Below, one piece after another: positions 37,284 to 46,829 of a stretch of 64,000 nucleotides of DNA. The translations under genes were made by a program, and so were the position numbers. The notes under the pieces were generated by a model. The model was not told the origin of the DNA, searched no databases, and was given only the letters and a program-made list of their open reading frames with translations. Where the stretch lies: NCBI GenBank assembly GCA_963806155.1, contig CAWDXC010000018.1, positions 42,514-106,513 of the forward strand, given 5' to 3'. The DNA is from an uncultured Actinomycetes bacterium. Its GTDB lineage: Bacteria; Actinomycetota; Thermoleophilia; RBG-16-64-13. Position 1 is the stretch's first letter, and each line of letters begins with the position of its first letter.

Positions 37284-39866
37284 TCAAGTGTGGTCCCACC
37301 TTTCGATTTGCACCAGGCAGGAGTTCGGCGCCTGTCCTGGGGATGTGGGCGTGATGTGCCGTTCGGGGGTGAGGATGTTCACGCACCCCGCTCGGTCGGG
37401 GGAATGCCCAGGCTCTCCGTCCGGGAGGTAGTCGGAGCAGCTCTCGTACGAGTGCACGGTGCCCGGCGGCAGGCGCTCCGTCACCTGCGCCGCGAGGATC
37501 ACCGAGCCCCGGTCGTTGAAGGCCCGGATAAGATCGCCTTCGCTGATACCGCGAGCCGCCGCATCGGCGGCGTTCAGGCGCATGATCCAGTAGAAACGGC
37601 CGTCCGGCGCGAGCACCCGGTGGTCCTTGATCTCGTTTATCCAGCTCTCCTTGCCGTCGCCCATGGTGTGGAAGGAGTAGCGGGGATGGGGCGAGATCAT
37701 CTGGAGCGGGTACTTCGAGTAGAGATCGCGAGTGTGGTGCCCTTCCCAGCTCGGGATGTACTGAGGGCCCAGGATGGGTCGCTCGGGGTCGATGGTCCCC
37801 GACTGCTCGAACCGGGTCAGGCTGGAAGATACGAATTCGATCTTGCCCGAGGACGTCTGGAGGCCCTTGAGTCCCACGGTGTCGGCCGGGTGCGGCCCCC
37901 AGTCGGGGGTGTCGCGGACCCGGTCTTCGGCGAACCAGCGGAACGCTGGGGTGGGCGCGCGGTCGACCGGCGCCGGCACCACGTAGTAGCCCTTCTTCTC
38001 GAACTCCTCCCAGGTCACGGCCTTGGGCAGGTCGCTGGCGGCGAACATCTGCTTGGTCCAGTCGAGTTCGGTCTTGCCTCCGTCGGTGAAGATCTCCCAG
38101 ATGCCCAGACGCTTCGCCAGTCCGGCGAAGATCTCGTAGTCGGCCTTGCTCTCGCCCAGGGGTTCGATGCACTTCTGCTGCAGGGTGATGACCCGGTGGT
38201 TGCAGAAGGTATAGGAGTCGGCCACGTAGCCCGAGCAGTTGGCGAACTCGCTGATGTCCCAGCGCTCGAAATTGGTGCACGCCGGCAGGATGATATCGGC
38301 GAACTTGGTCTCGCCCTCGAACCATATGGCCTGGTTGACCACGAACGGCACCACCCCCTCCCGGTACGCCGCGGCATACCGGTTCGTGGCGGTCATCGTA
38401 CCGATGAACGACCCTCCGTATCTATAGTACATCTCAATCGGCGGATAGCCCGGAGCCGGGTACTCGTACTTCTGGAACTGTGACTCGATGGAGGAGCCGC
38501 AGAAGCCCTTGCCTCGCCACTCCAGCCGCTCGCCTCTCATGGCCTCAGGGATGTGGAGACGCGGTACCGTCTGGCCTTCTGTGGAATGGTGGGTGCAGCG
38601 GGTCGCACCCCCGTTCGGGAACATCCGATAGAGCCAGCGAAAGCCGGCGGCCGAGTTATCCACGTCGCCGGATATGCCGCCCTCCGCGTAGCCGGGGAAG
38701 CAGAAGGAGGTGTCGACCGGCGCGCCTGCCGTGGTGCACCAGATGTTGCTACCGGGCTTGCCCATGCCCTGCATCGCCGCCAGGGCGACCATGGCCCGGG
38801 TCCACTCGTTGCCCGTGGCGGAGCGGCAGGCCCCACCCATGCCGTGGTTGCTGCCGGGCGTGAGCATGGTCTTCTTGCGGGCCCATGTCCGGGCGAGAGC
38901 CCTGATCTCCCGGGCCGGGATGCCGGATTCTTGCTCAGCCCATTCCGGGGTCTTGGGCGTGCCATCGGCCACGCCCAGTACGTAGTCTTTCCAGCGGTCG
39001 AACCCCACGGTGCGGCCGGCCACGTACTCCGTGTCGTAGGTGCCCTCGCTGAGCCACACGAAAGCGATCGCCAGGGCCACGCATACGTCCGTGCCCACCC
39101 GTGGGGCCAGCCACTTGTCGGCGAAGAGGCCGGCGGTGTGGTTATAGTACGGGTCGATGACTACCATCTCGATGCCGAGCTCTTTCAGCCAGAAGCGGCG
39201 GGGAGTGCTCTCGAACGCGGCGTAGATCCCACCGCAGGTAGCTTCGGGGTCGGCCGACCAGAGCACGAGCATCTCCGTGTGCTTGAGCGCGTCCTCGAGC
39301 AGGTCGTACTGCTCGGGCAGGCCCAGGCGGTGGCTGAAGCCCCACATGTGGGTGGCGCCCCAATGCCAGCCCTCCCAGCTGTCCGGGTTGTGCTCGCCGT
39401 AGGTGAAACCGACGAGGTTCATAAAGCGGAAGTAGGTGCTGTGCCGGTAGCCGATGTTGCCCCACATATGGTGCGAGCTGGGCGTCGACAGGATGGCAGC
39501 CGGTCCGACCTCTCGCTTGATCCGGATCATCTCTTCCGCGACCGTGTCCAGGGCCTCTTCCCAGGAGATGGGCTCGTAGCCGGAGACTCCCCTGTTCTGG
39601 ATGTTCCGCTTGCCCTTGGCGTGGAAATCGACCCTTCTGAGGGGCGTCAGTATGCGTTTTGGCGAGTAGATGAGCGAGCGATGGGCGACCGTGGGGGGTG
39701 AGAGCGTGACCTTGCGGGGCGGCGCGAAGCGCCGCCCCCTCGCCTCGATCTCCCAGGACGGCGCGTCGGTATCGTCGAACGTGATGGGGACGATGCGGAC
39801 GATCCGGCCGTCCTCAACATACACGTGCACCGGCCCGCCGTTGGTCCCGTTGACGAAGCGCTGCAT
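37284..39866 (-). CDS. molybdopterin-dependent oxidoreductase, pyrogallol hydroxytransferase large-subunit (AthL)-like
   Basis: Near-identical blocks to the transhydroxylase family: ILSTPSSHHMWGNIGYRHSTYFRFMN, SWEGWHWG, NFERWDISEFANCSGY, GSVILAAQVTE, PGTVHSYES; no N-terminal Fe-S Cys cluster; ATG at 39866 directly abuts the MBL gene stop. Confidence 0.8.
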   Translation of the reverse strand: MQRFVNGTNGGPVHVYVEDGRIVRIVPITFDDTDAPSWEIEARGRRFAPPRKVTLSPPTVAHRSLIYSPKRILTPLRRVDFHAKGKRNIQNRGVSGYEPISWEEALDTVAEEMIRIKREVGPAAILSTPSSHHMWGNIGYRHSTYFRFMNLVGFTYGEHNPDSWEGWHWGATHMWGFSHRLGLPEQYDLLEDALKHTEMLVLWSADPEATCGGIYAAFESTPRRFWLKELGIEMVVIDPYYNHTAGLFADKWLAPRVGTDVCVALAIAFVWLSEGTYDTEYVAGRTVGFDRWKDYVLGVADGTPKTPEWAEQESGIPAREIRALARTWARKKTMLTPGSNHGMGGACRSATGNEWTRAMVALAAMQGMGKPGSNIWCTTAGAPVDTSFCFPGYAEGGISGDVDNSAAGFRWLYRMFPNGGATRCTHHSTEGQTVPRLHIPEAMRGERLEWRGKGFCGSSIESQFQKYEYPAPGYPPIEMYYRYGGSFIGTMTATNRYAAAYREGVVPFVVNQAIWFEGETKFADIILPACTNFERWDISEFANCSGYVADSYTFCNHRVITLQQKCIEPLGESKADYEIFAGLAKRLGIWEIFTDGGKTELDWTKQMFAASDLPKAVTWEEFEKKGYYVVPAPVDRAPTPAFRWFAEDRVRDTPDWGPHPADTVGLKGLQTSSGKIEFVSSSLTRFEQSGTIDPERPILGPQYIPSWEGHHTRDLYSKYPLQMISPHPRYSFHTMGDGKESWINEIKDHRVLAPDGRFYWIMRLNAADAAARGISEGDLIRAFNDRGSVILAAQVTERLPPGTVHSYESCSDYLPDGEPGHSPDRAGCVNILTPERHITPTSPGQAPNSCLVQIERWDHT

Positions 39867-39868
39867 GG

Positions 39869-40672
39869 TCACCGATACCACTCTGGCGCCTTGTTCCAGG
39901 TCTCGAACTCGGGCATGCTGTGCGAGAAGAACAGTTCGGCGTCGTGCTCCTCCGCCAGGTCCTTGAGCCGCTGCAGCGAATGGGTACCCGCCACCGGGTC
40001 GAGATGGAAACCGCCCACCACCATCATGTCCAGGTTCTTGGGGGTCATGGCCGCGTCGCCGGTAAAGAGCATCGGCTGCCGGCCGGCGAGCTTCACCAGC
40101 ATGCTGTAGTGCCCGGCCGCATGGCCCAGGGTCTCCAGGAGCCACACCCCAGGGGCGAATTCCACGTCTCCGCTGACCAGTTGGAATTCCGGGGACAGGT
40201 TAGGGTCCACGTTCGCCGGTATCTCCATCCGATGCTTGACGAGCTGAGGAGCGAACCAGGCCACGGCCCCGTAGCTCAGCCTCTCGAACAACTCGGGGTT
40301 CTGCGCCTGTTCGTACTCCTTCTCATGGCAGACGACCTTGGCCTGGGGGAACAGGTGGCTGCCGCCGCAATGGTCGATGTGAAGATGAGAGAGGAGCAAG
40401 TGGGTCACGTCCTCGGGCTTGTATCCGACCTTGGCCAACTGGGCCGGCAGGGTCTGGTCCGACGACTGTATGGGCTGGTCCTGAGGCACGTACTTCTGCA
40501 TGTACTCCAGATCGAAGCCTGTGTCGTACAGGAAGAGGCCGTCTTCGTGCTCCACGAGCACGCTGTACACGGGGAAGCGGATATCTCCCGCGGGGCCGCG
40601 ATTCCAGTAGATCTTGTGGCCGTCTATTGCCATCGAGCCCCCGTCCAATAGGCAGACCCTCGTAGGCTTCAC
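39869..40672 (-). CDS. MBL-fold metallo-hydrolase (lactonase-like)
   Basis: HxHxDH motif LSHLHIDHCGG, downstream His/Asp ligands; GTG start with AAAGGAGG Shine-Dalgarno 6 nt upstream. Confidence 0.8.
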   Translation of the reverse strand: MKPTRVCLLDGGSMAIDGHKIYWNRGPAGDIRFPVYSVLVEHEDGLFLYDTGFDLEYMQKYVPQDQPIQSSDQTLPAQLAKVGYKPEDVTHLLLSHLHIDHCGGSHLFPQAKVVCHEKEYEQAQNPELFERLSYGAVAWFAPQLVKHRMEIPANVDPNLSPEFQLVSGDVEFAPGVWLLETLGHAAGHYSMLVKLAGRQPMLFTGDAAMTPKNLDMMVVGGFHLDPVAGTHSLQRLKDLAEEHDAELFFSHSMPEFETWNKAPEWYR

Positions 40673-41022
40673 CTGCAACCTCCTTTTGTCTGACGCTGTC
40701 GCTCCGGTGGCCGCCCCGCGCGTGGATCGAACCAGACCAGGGGCTTTCCGAAAGCCGTCAGACCGGTTCTCTCCGGAGCGCGGTCCGGTCCCGTCCGTTG
40801 GCGATATCAGTCGTTGCACAGAACCAGAATACCAACTCTGAGTTCAGCGGTAAGATGGTCGCGATCGAGGTGGCATCGCGGTTGGCTGCGCCAGCGGCGC
40901 CAACCTGATGACGACCCACGGTCATTGTGGACGGAGTGCTCGAGCATCCCCCCGCAGCGGGAAACGTTGAATGACGTGAGACAATCCAAGACAGTGAAGA
41001 CGTGCGGCTAGGGAGGGGCACC

Positions 41023-41745
41023 ATGGAGCAGAGGCTTGAGCACAAGGCGGGGAAGCGGCCGTGCCGCCGGCGGCCGCGGGCCGCGACCATCACCGGGGTG
41101 GCTGCCGCGGTCATCTTTGCAATCGCTTTGGTAGGTGCGGCGGGCTGCGGTTCCGACAAGGAAACGTCGACGACGACGGTCAGCACCAGCGAGACCGTCG
41201 CGAGCACTACGTCCACCTCGGGTGGCAGTCCCGGTTCGGTCACTTCGACGATCCCCTCTCCACCGACACATCCTGGTACCACCAGCTCTTCCAGCACCAC
41301 CACTACCGAGGCCCTGTCCAGTGCCGAGACGCTCCTGCCGAACGGCAACGTCCGGGCCATGGGTTACGTCGACGAGGTGTGGGAATCCGGGGGGGTCCGC
41401 TACCTGAGCATCGATTATGCCGAGATGCTCACCGGAGACGCGGCCGTGGCTGCGGCTATCGAGGCTGGTGACCTTGCCCCGGGCGAAGACCTGCCCAACG
41501 ACTACTACATCCGTAATGTCAATCCCCAGTTGCGGGAGTTCACGGTGTCGCCGTCCGCTTCCATCACCACGGCCACGTATTTGGGCGGAGGCCCGGACGA
41601 CCCTCAGCCTGTAACATGGGCCGAGTTCAAGAGCTTCTGGGACGCCACTCCTCCCGCCGGGGCCGAGCACCTGCATCTCATGCCGTGGTGGATCGAGCGT
41701 GACGGTCACGAGATCGTGAGTATCGCCGAGCAGTATCTGCCGTAG
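41023..41745 (+). CDS. secreted lipoprotein of unknown function with Ser/Thr-rich linker
   Basis: Signal/lipobox (LVGAAGCGS), ~90-aa S/T-rich low-complexity linker, conserved-looking C-terminal domain; GGGAGGGG Shine-Dalgarno. Confidence 0.6.
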   Translation: MEQRLEHKAGKRPCRRRPRAATITGVAAAVIFAIALVGAAGCGSDKETSTTTVSTSETVASTTSTSGGSPGSVTSTIPSPPTHPGTTSSSSTTTTEALSSAETLLPNGNVRAMGYVDEVWESGGVRYLSIDYAEMLTGDAAVAAAIEAGDLAPGEDLPNDYYIRNVNPQLREFTVSPSASITTATYLGGGPDDPQPVTWAEFKSFWDATPPAGAEHLHLMPWWIERDGHEIVSIAEQYLP

Positions 41746-41772
41746 CTTGAGTCAACGAAAGGAGTCCAAGGC

Positions 41773-42774
41773 GTGAGGACCATCGACCTCGAGAACCATT
41801 TCACCACCGACATGTGGTCGGAAGCACTGCGCACCAACAAGGGCTATCCCAGGATCGATCCGGCGAAGGGTCTGGGCTTTGCCGCGGACGCCTGGCTGCC
41901 TCTGTCGGACACCGGGGCCAAGCTGGCGGACATGGGCGAAGGCCGCATCAAGCTGATGGACGCCGCCGGAGTCGACTATGCCGTCATCTCCCTGACCTCC
42001 CCGGGGGCCGAGCAGTTCGAGGTCGAAGTCGGCAGGAGGGTCGCGAAGAACGCGAACGACGTCCTTGCCGCGATCATGAACGAGCATCCGGACCGGTTCG
42101 GCGGTTTCGCCGCATTGGCTCCCAAAGACACCGAGTGGTCGGTCGAGGAATTGGAGCGGTGCGTCAAGGAACTGGGCTTCTCCGGCTGGGAGACCCACTC
42201 GAACTTCGGCGACTCGCATCTCGATGAGGAGCAGCACTGGCCTCTGCTGGCGAAGGCTCAGGAGCTCGATATCCCCATCTACCTGCACCCGGCCGTTCCC
42301 ATGATCCCGGAGTTGCGCGAGTTCGGCATGGTCCTCGGCGGCCCCACCTTTGGCTTCGGCGTCGAGGTCATGTACACGTTCATGCGAATGATCGTCCGTG
42401 GGGTGTTCGACCGGTTCACGAATCTCAAGATCATCATGGGTCACTACGGCGAGGCTTTTCCCTTCTTGGTCGACCGGGTCGATCGGGCCTATATGCAGAA
42501 GCATGAGACCCCCAACCCCGAGATCGGTCCGGGGAGCAAGGAGTGGGCGAGCTACTACGTCAAGAGACACCTCTGGGTGACCACCAGCGGCAACTACCTG
42601 CCGGCGGCCTACGTCTGCACGCGGGACGGTCTGGGTCTGGACAGGATCCTACTGGGGACCGACTTCCCGTACGAGGATATGACCGACTGCATGGGGTTCC
42701 TCAGAAGCCTGCCGCTGACCGAGGACGAAAAGACCAAGTTGTACGAGACGAACGCCCGGGCACTGGGGTTCTAG
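41773..42774 (+). CDS. amidohydrolase-2 family enzyme, paralogue 2
   Basis: …TIDLENHFTTDMW…, …HPDRFGGFAALAP…, …IPIYLHP…, …IIMGHYGE…, …LLGTDFPYE… collinear with the 31887..33050 product; GTG start behind AAAGGAG. Confidence 0.8.
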   Translation: MRTIDLENHFTTDMWSEALRTNKGYPRIDPAKGLGFAADAWLPLSDTGAKLADMGEGRIKLMDAAGVDYAVISLTSPGAEQFEVEVGRRVAKNANDVLAAIMNEHPDRFGGFAALAPKDTEWSVEELERCVKELGFSGWETHSNFGDSHLDEEQHWPLLAKAQELDIPIYLHPAVPMIPELREFGMVLGGPTFGFGVEVMYTFMRMIVRGVFDRFTNLKIIMGHYGEAFPFLVDRVDRAYMQKHETPNPEIGPGSKEWASYYVKRHLWVTTSGNYLPAAYVCTRDGLGLDRILLGTDFPYEDMTDCMGFLRSLPLTEDEKTKLYETNARALGF

Positions 42775-42856
42775 GTCGATGGATGCCGGGGGGCGGGCCC
42801 GCGTGGCGCGGGCCCGCCCCCCGACGCGTCTCGGGCGGCCCTCCCCGCGCACGACC

Positions 42857-44035
42857 TCAGCGGCCGGCGCCGCTCAAGTAGGCGTCCAGAACAGTCAAGC
42901 CCTCAGGGAAGTCCTCTCTGCCCAGTCCCAGGCGGAAGTGCTCATCGCCGTAGTCGTAGACCGTGGAGGGCAGCAGCAGCACGCCGGTGTCGCACAGCAC
43001 GCGTGCGCAGAACGCCTCGGCTCCCTCTCCCTGCTGCTCGTACGGCGACCGGAGACGATCGACCCCAGCCGCCGGCGTGGCACCGGCCAGCAGGCGAGGG
43101 AAGCAGACCGTGCCGGCACGCGGGGGCGTCCACCGGAACCGATCGAGGTGGCGGTCGAAGAACCCGCCGGCGAGTTCGACGTTTCGGCCCACACGTTCGC
43201 GGTGGGCGCGGAGGATGCCCTCCCGCGACCGCAAGGCCATCAGCGCCAGCAACTCGCTGGGCGCGCTGCTGCAGATGGTGGTGTAGTCCTTGAGGGCACT
43301 CATCCTCCCCAGAAGCTCACGGTCGCGGGTGGCCGCCCAACCTATACGCAGCCCGGCCAGCCCGAACGCCTTGGACATCCCGGACAGGGAGACGGCTCTG
43401 TCGTAGACGTCCACGGCTGCGGGCAGACGGGTCTCCGCCACCGGTTCGAGCAGCCGGTACATCTCGTCGGAGAACACCCAGGCACCCACCGAAGCCGCCG
43501 CAGCCACCATGGCGGCAAAGTCTTCTTTCGCGGGGAGCGCCCCGGTGGGGTTGTGCGGGAAGTTCCAGACCACCAGCTTGGTGTTGGGGCGCAACAGTCT
43601 CCTGAGCTGGTCGGGTTCGAACCACCATGCCTCGGCCTCCTCCGGTTCCCAGTAAGTCACCTGGCAGTCTATCGAAGCTGCGAGCTCGTAGAGGGACTGG
43701 TAGCCGGGGAAGGTGCAGATCATGTGATCACCCGGCTCGAGGAGGGCGTTCATGGTCAGGAAGATCACCTCTTCCGGGGCTGCGACCAGGATGTTCTCAG
43801 GCTTAAACCCTTGGTAGAGCCCGGCTATCTCCTCGCGCAGTTCCGGCAATCCTTGCGACTCGGTATACCCAAGGCGCAGGGTCTCCCAGCGCCTCCTCAG
43901 GTCGGGATCGGCTCCGGTCAACAGATCGGCCATGGCCAGCCCCTGACAGTCCGAAGTCGAGAGTAGGTAACGCGCGCGGAACTCGTGCCGGGCGAAAAAG
44001 CGCTCGAGAGCGAACGGCCGCGGGTCCCTGCTCAC
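42857..44035 (-). CDS. PLP-dependent aminotransferase (class I/II fold)
   Basis: 392 aa; …WNFPHNPTGALP…, Schiff-base region …LSGMSKAFGLAGLRIGW…. Confidence 0.75.
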   Translation of the reverse strand: MSRDPRPFALERFFARHEFRARYLLSTSDCQGLAMADLLTGADPDLRRRWETLRLGYTESQGLPELREEIAGLYQGFKPENILVAAPEEVIFLTMNALLEPGDHMICTFPGYQSLYELAASIDCQVTYWEPEEAEAWWFEPDQLRRLLRPNTKLVVWNFPHNPTGALPAKEDFAAMVAAAASVGAWVFSDEMYRLLEPVAETRLPAAVDVYDRAVSLSGMSKAFGLAGLRIGWAATRDRELLGRMSALKDYTTICSSAPSELLALMALRSREGILRAHRERVGRNVELAGGFFDRHLDRFRWTPPRAGTVCFPRLLAGATPAAGVDRLRSPYEQQGEGAEAFCARVLCDTGVLLLPSTVYDYGDEHFRLGLGREDFPEGLTVLDAYLSGAGR

Positions 44036-45471
44036 CGTTCGGCCGGTCCTTCAGCCGCATGCCCGCCCGGCGCGTCGTGTCGCGGACCCACGAGCGAGGC
44101 GGCGACGCCCACTGCGCAGAGCGCGGTGAAGATGGCGAAGCAGATCTGCACGCTCGTGAGCAGGTTCGGATAGTCCCCGGCTTCGATGACATGTCTGCCT
44201 ACCACGAGAGCTAAGACCAGGGTGGCGATACCGAGACTGATGTTCTGCCCGGCGAGGCGCATCGTCCCCAGCGTCGCTGAAGCAACGCCCAGATAACGCT
44301 TGTCCACGCTCCCCATGATCGTGTGCGTGATGGGGGAGGCGAAGAATGCGAAGCCCAGGCCCAGTATGCACAGCACGGTGATGATGTACCAGTAAGGGGT
44401 CTCCTCGCCCAGGAAGACCAAGGCGAGCAGCCCCAGGGTGCATACGGCCATCCCGGCTGAGGCCACCCAACGCGCCTGCACCCGGTCCGCGACCCTTCCT
44501 GCCACCGGGGAGAAGACAGTCTGCACGAATGTGCCGGCCACGAGGACGAAGCCGGCGGTCTGCGGATCGAGACCCCGGGTGTACTGCAGGTACAGACTCA
44601 TGAGGAACGTCAGCGCAAAGGTGGCGGCATAGTTGATGAGCGCAGCGGCGTTCGAGTAGGCGAAGACGCGATTGCGACGCAGCAGGTCGACGTTCAGCAC
44701 CGGATCGGCGGCCCGCGTCTCCCACCAGAGGAAGACCGCGAGTCCGGCCGCGCCGACCACGATCAAGACCACTCCCAGCCAGTCGGGGAGCCAGGTGAAC
44801 CCCAGGAGAACGGCCGGCAGAGCCAGCGCATAGATCACCGAGCCGAGGATATCGAAGGGCGCCACTTTGGGTTCCCGCCACTCCAACCCCCGCAGTCTCC
44901 AAACGGCGACGGCCCAGTTGATCAGACCGAAAGCGCCCACGATGTAGAACATCGCGCGCCATCCGAGATTGTGGACGATGATCCCCCCGATCACCGGACC
45001 CAGAGTCAGGCCCAGATAGACACCGGCCACGTTGAGTCCCAGCGCACGTCCGCGAGTCTCGGCCGGATAGGCCAGGGTGACCAAGGCGGTGCCGATCGCG
45101 AACACCAGGGCCGCCGCCAGACCCTGGATCACCCTCAGCATGATCAGCACCGGCGCCGAGGGAGAAAGGGCCAAGGCAAAGGCCATGACGGCGAACAGAA
45201 GTAGACCCCACACGAAGATGCGCTTGCGGCCGTAGATATCCGCGAGCCGGCCTACAGGCATGAGCACGGACCCCGCTGCGAGGATGTAGGCGAGCGATAC
45301 CCAACTGAGAGTCACCGCGGAGGCATCGAACTCCGACCCGATGACGGGGAGGGCGATGTTGATGGCCGACGCCATGAACGTCGCCAGGAATCCGGCCACA
45401 CTGGTGACGATGAGCACCATTGACTGGTCGCGCGGGGCAAGAGGGGTGTCGGTCCTACGTGGTGGCTCCAT
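44032..45471 (-). CDS. MFS transporter, DHA2 (EmrB/QacA-like, 14 TMS)
   Basis: …LADIYGRKRIF…, …MLRVIQGLAAAL… DHA2 motifs, 14 hydrophobic segments; ATG at 45471 (MEPPRRTD…). Confidence 0.8.
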   Translation of the reverse strand: MEPPRRTDTPLAPRDQSMVLIVTSVAGFLATFMASAINIALPVIGSEFDASAVTLSWVSLAYILAAGSVLMPVGRLADIYGRKRIFVWGLLLFAVMAFALALSPSAPVLIMLRVIQGLAAALVFAIGTALVTLAYPAETRGRALGLNVAGVYLGLTLGPVIGGIIVHNLGWRAMFYIVGAFGLINWAVAVWRLRGLEWREPKVAPFDILGSVIYALALPAVLLGFTWLPDWLGVVLIVVGAAGLAVFLWWETRAADPVLNVDLLRRNRVFAYSNAAALINYAATFALTFLMSLYLQYTRGLDPQTAGFVLVAGTFVQTVFSPVAGRVADRVQARWVASAGMAVCTLGLLALVFLGEETPYWYIITVLCILGLGFAFFASPITHTIMGSVDKRYLGVASATLGTMRLAGQNISLGIATLVLALVVGRHVIEAGDYPNLLTSVQICFAIFTALCAVGVAASLVGPRHDAPGGHAAEGPAER

Positions 45472-45557
45472 GGTATGCCAGCGTATCAGGGAAAGCGGGC
45501 GAATTGCGCGGGCGACGGCCGCTTGTGCCGCGGCCTGGGTCCATTCATACTGGGCCG

Positions 45558-46748
45558 GTGAACTCCGAACCCGACTCATACACTCTCACCACGCCCATAC
45601 CACTCTACGCGACCACGTTCACGGTGGGTGTGGTGATGATCTCCCTGGGTCCCATTCTCGATCCCACCATCAAAGACCTTGGCATACCCCTGTCGCAGGG
45701 AGGCCTCACTTCGGTGGGATACGCCATCGGGATGCTCGCCGGGGTCCTGGCTCTGAATCTCGCCTTGGCGCGCGTGCCGGTGAAGTGGACCCTCATCGGG
45801 GCCGCGTGGCTGCAGACGCTGGGGCTTGCCGCCGCGGGTCTGCTGGCCACGGGCCTTTGGTCGCTGTTCGGAGCCTACGTGGTGGTGGGTGCCGGCTGTG
45901 TCTTCTTGAACAGCCTTCCCGGGATGTGGGTCACCTCACATATCAAAGCAGGTACCGGCCACGCTATGGTCGTCCTTCTTCTGTTCTTCGCGGGGGGGAT
46001 GATGGTGACCCCCCTTCTCATCGGCGGCGTCCTCGGACTGGGGGTCTCCTGGCGGTGGGTGCTGATCGCCGAAGCGGTGGTCTCCTTGGGCCTGGCCGTG
46101 CTGCTCACCATTATGCCGGTGTCGGACATCAGGGGCCGGGAGAATCTGCGCCTGCGCGAACTCCGGGAGGTGATCGGCTTCAACCGCAGTCTGTTCTGGG
46201 CTGTGCTCGGCGCCTCGGTCCTCTACATCGGGGCCGAGTTCATCCTCAACGTGTGGCTGGCGAAATTCGAGATCGACGTCTTCGATGTCAGCAAGACGAT
46301 GGCCAGCCTGGCTGTGACGCTGTTCTGGGTCGGGTTGCTCGTCGGCAGGCTCATCGTCATGCCTTTGACCAAGAGATACCTTGCCTCGAGGCTGCTGTTG
46401 GTGGGGAGCGCGATCATGGCCGTCTTCGCCCTGGGGATAGCACTCTCCACCACCGCCGCCATGTCCATGGTCATGGCATTCTTCTCGGGGCTGGGAGCGT
46501 CGGCTGCGTTCCCCCTCATCCTGAGCTTCTCCGCCCGGTTCCCAAGATGGCACGCCGGAGTGGTCTTCTCGGCGGTCATCATGGCCGGAGCGCTGGGGAG
46601 GATCATCTTTCCCTACGTCATCGGACCGATCGCCGATTCGCTTGGCTTCCGGATAGCAATCGGGCTGGCCTTTGTGCTGGCCGCGGTCTTGTCCGGACTC
46701 TCCCTGTATCTTCACCGGGTGTCAGGCGAAGGGAAGGAGCCCGGCTAG
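45558..46748 (+). CDS. MFS transporter
   Basis: ~12 TM helices; probable GTG start at 45558 inside ORF 45420..46748; divergent from the DHA2 gene across an 86-bp spacer. Confidence 0.7.
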   Translation: MNSEPDSYTLTTPIPLYATTFTVGVVMISLGPILDPTIKDLGIPLSQGGLTSVGYAIGMLAGVLALNLALARVPVKWTLIGAAWLQTLGLAAAGLLATGLWSLFGAYVVVGAGCVFLNSLPGMWVTSHIKAGTGHAMVVLLLFFAGGMMVTPLLIGGVLGLGVSWRWVLIAEAVVSLGLAVLLTIMPVSDIRGRENLRLRELREVIGFNRSLFWAVLGASVLYIGAEFILNVWLAKFEIDVFDVSKTMASLAVTLFWVGLLVGRLIVMPLTKRYLASRLLLVGSAIMAVFALGIALSTTAAMSMVMAFFSGLGASAAFPLILSFSARFPRWHAGVVFSAVIMAGALGRIIFPYVIGPIADSLGFRIAIGLAFVLAAVLSGLSLYLHRVSGEGKEPG

Positions 46749-46829
46749 AGACGGCGAACGCCACCCTGTATACTACGGCCTTCTGTTCCAGCTTCCGTTC
46801 CCGAGATCGAAAGCATTGAGGAAATCATC

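Noticed and set aside
37179-40651. ORFs 37179..38483 (+), 37204..38325 (-), 38553..39701 (+), 39920..40651 (+)
   Set aside because: Antisense or alternative-frame to the Mo-enzyme and MBL genes
42779-46819. ORFs 42779..43966 (+), 44051..45304 (-), 45341..46819 (+), 45936..46715 (-)
   Set aside because: Shadow ORFs of the aminotransferase and MFS genes
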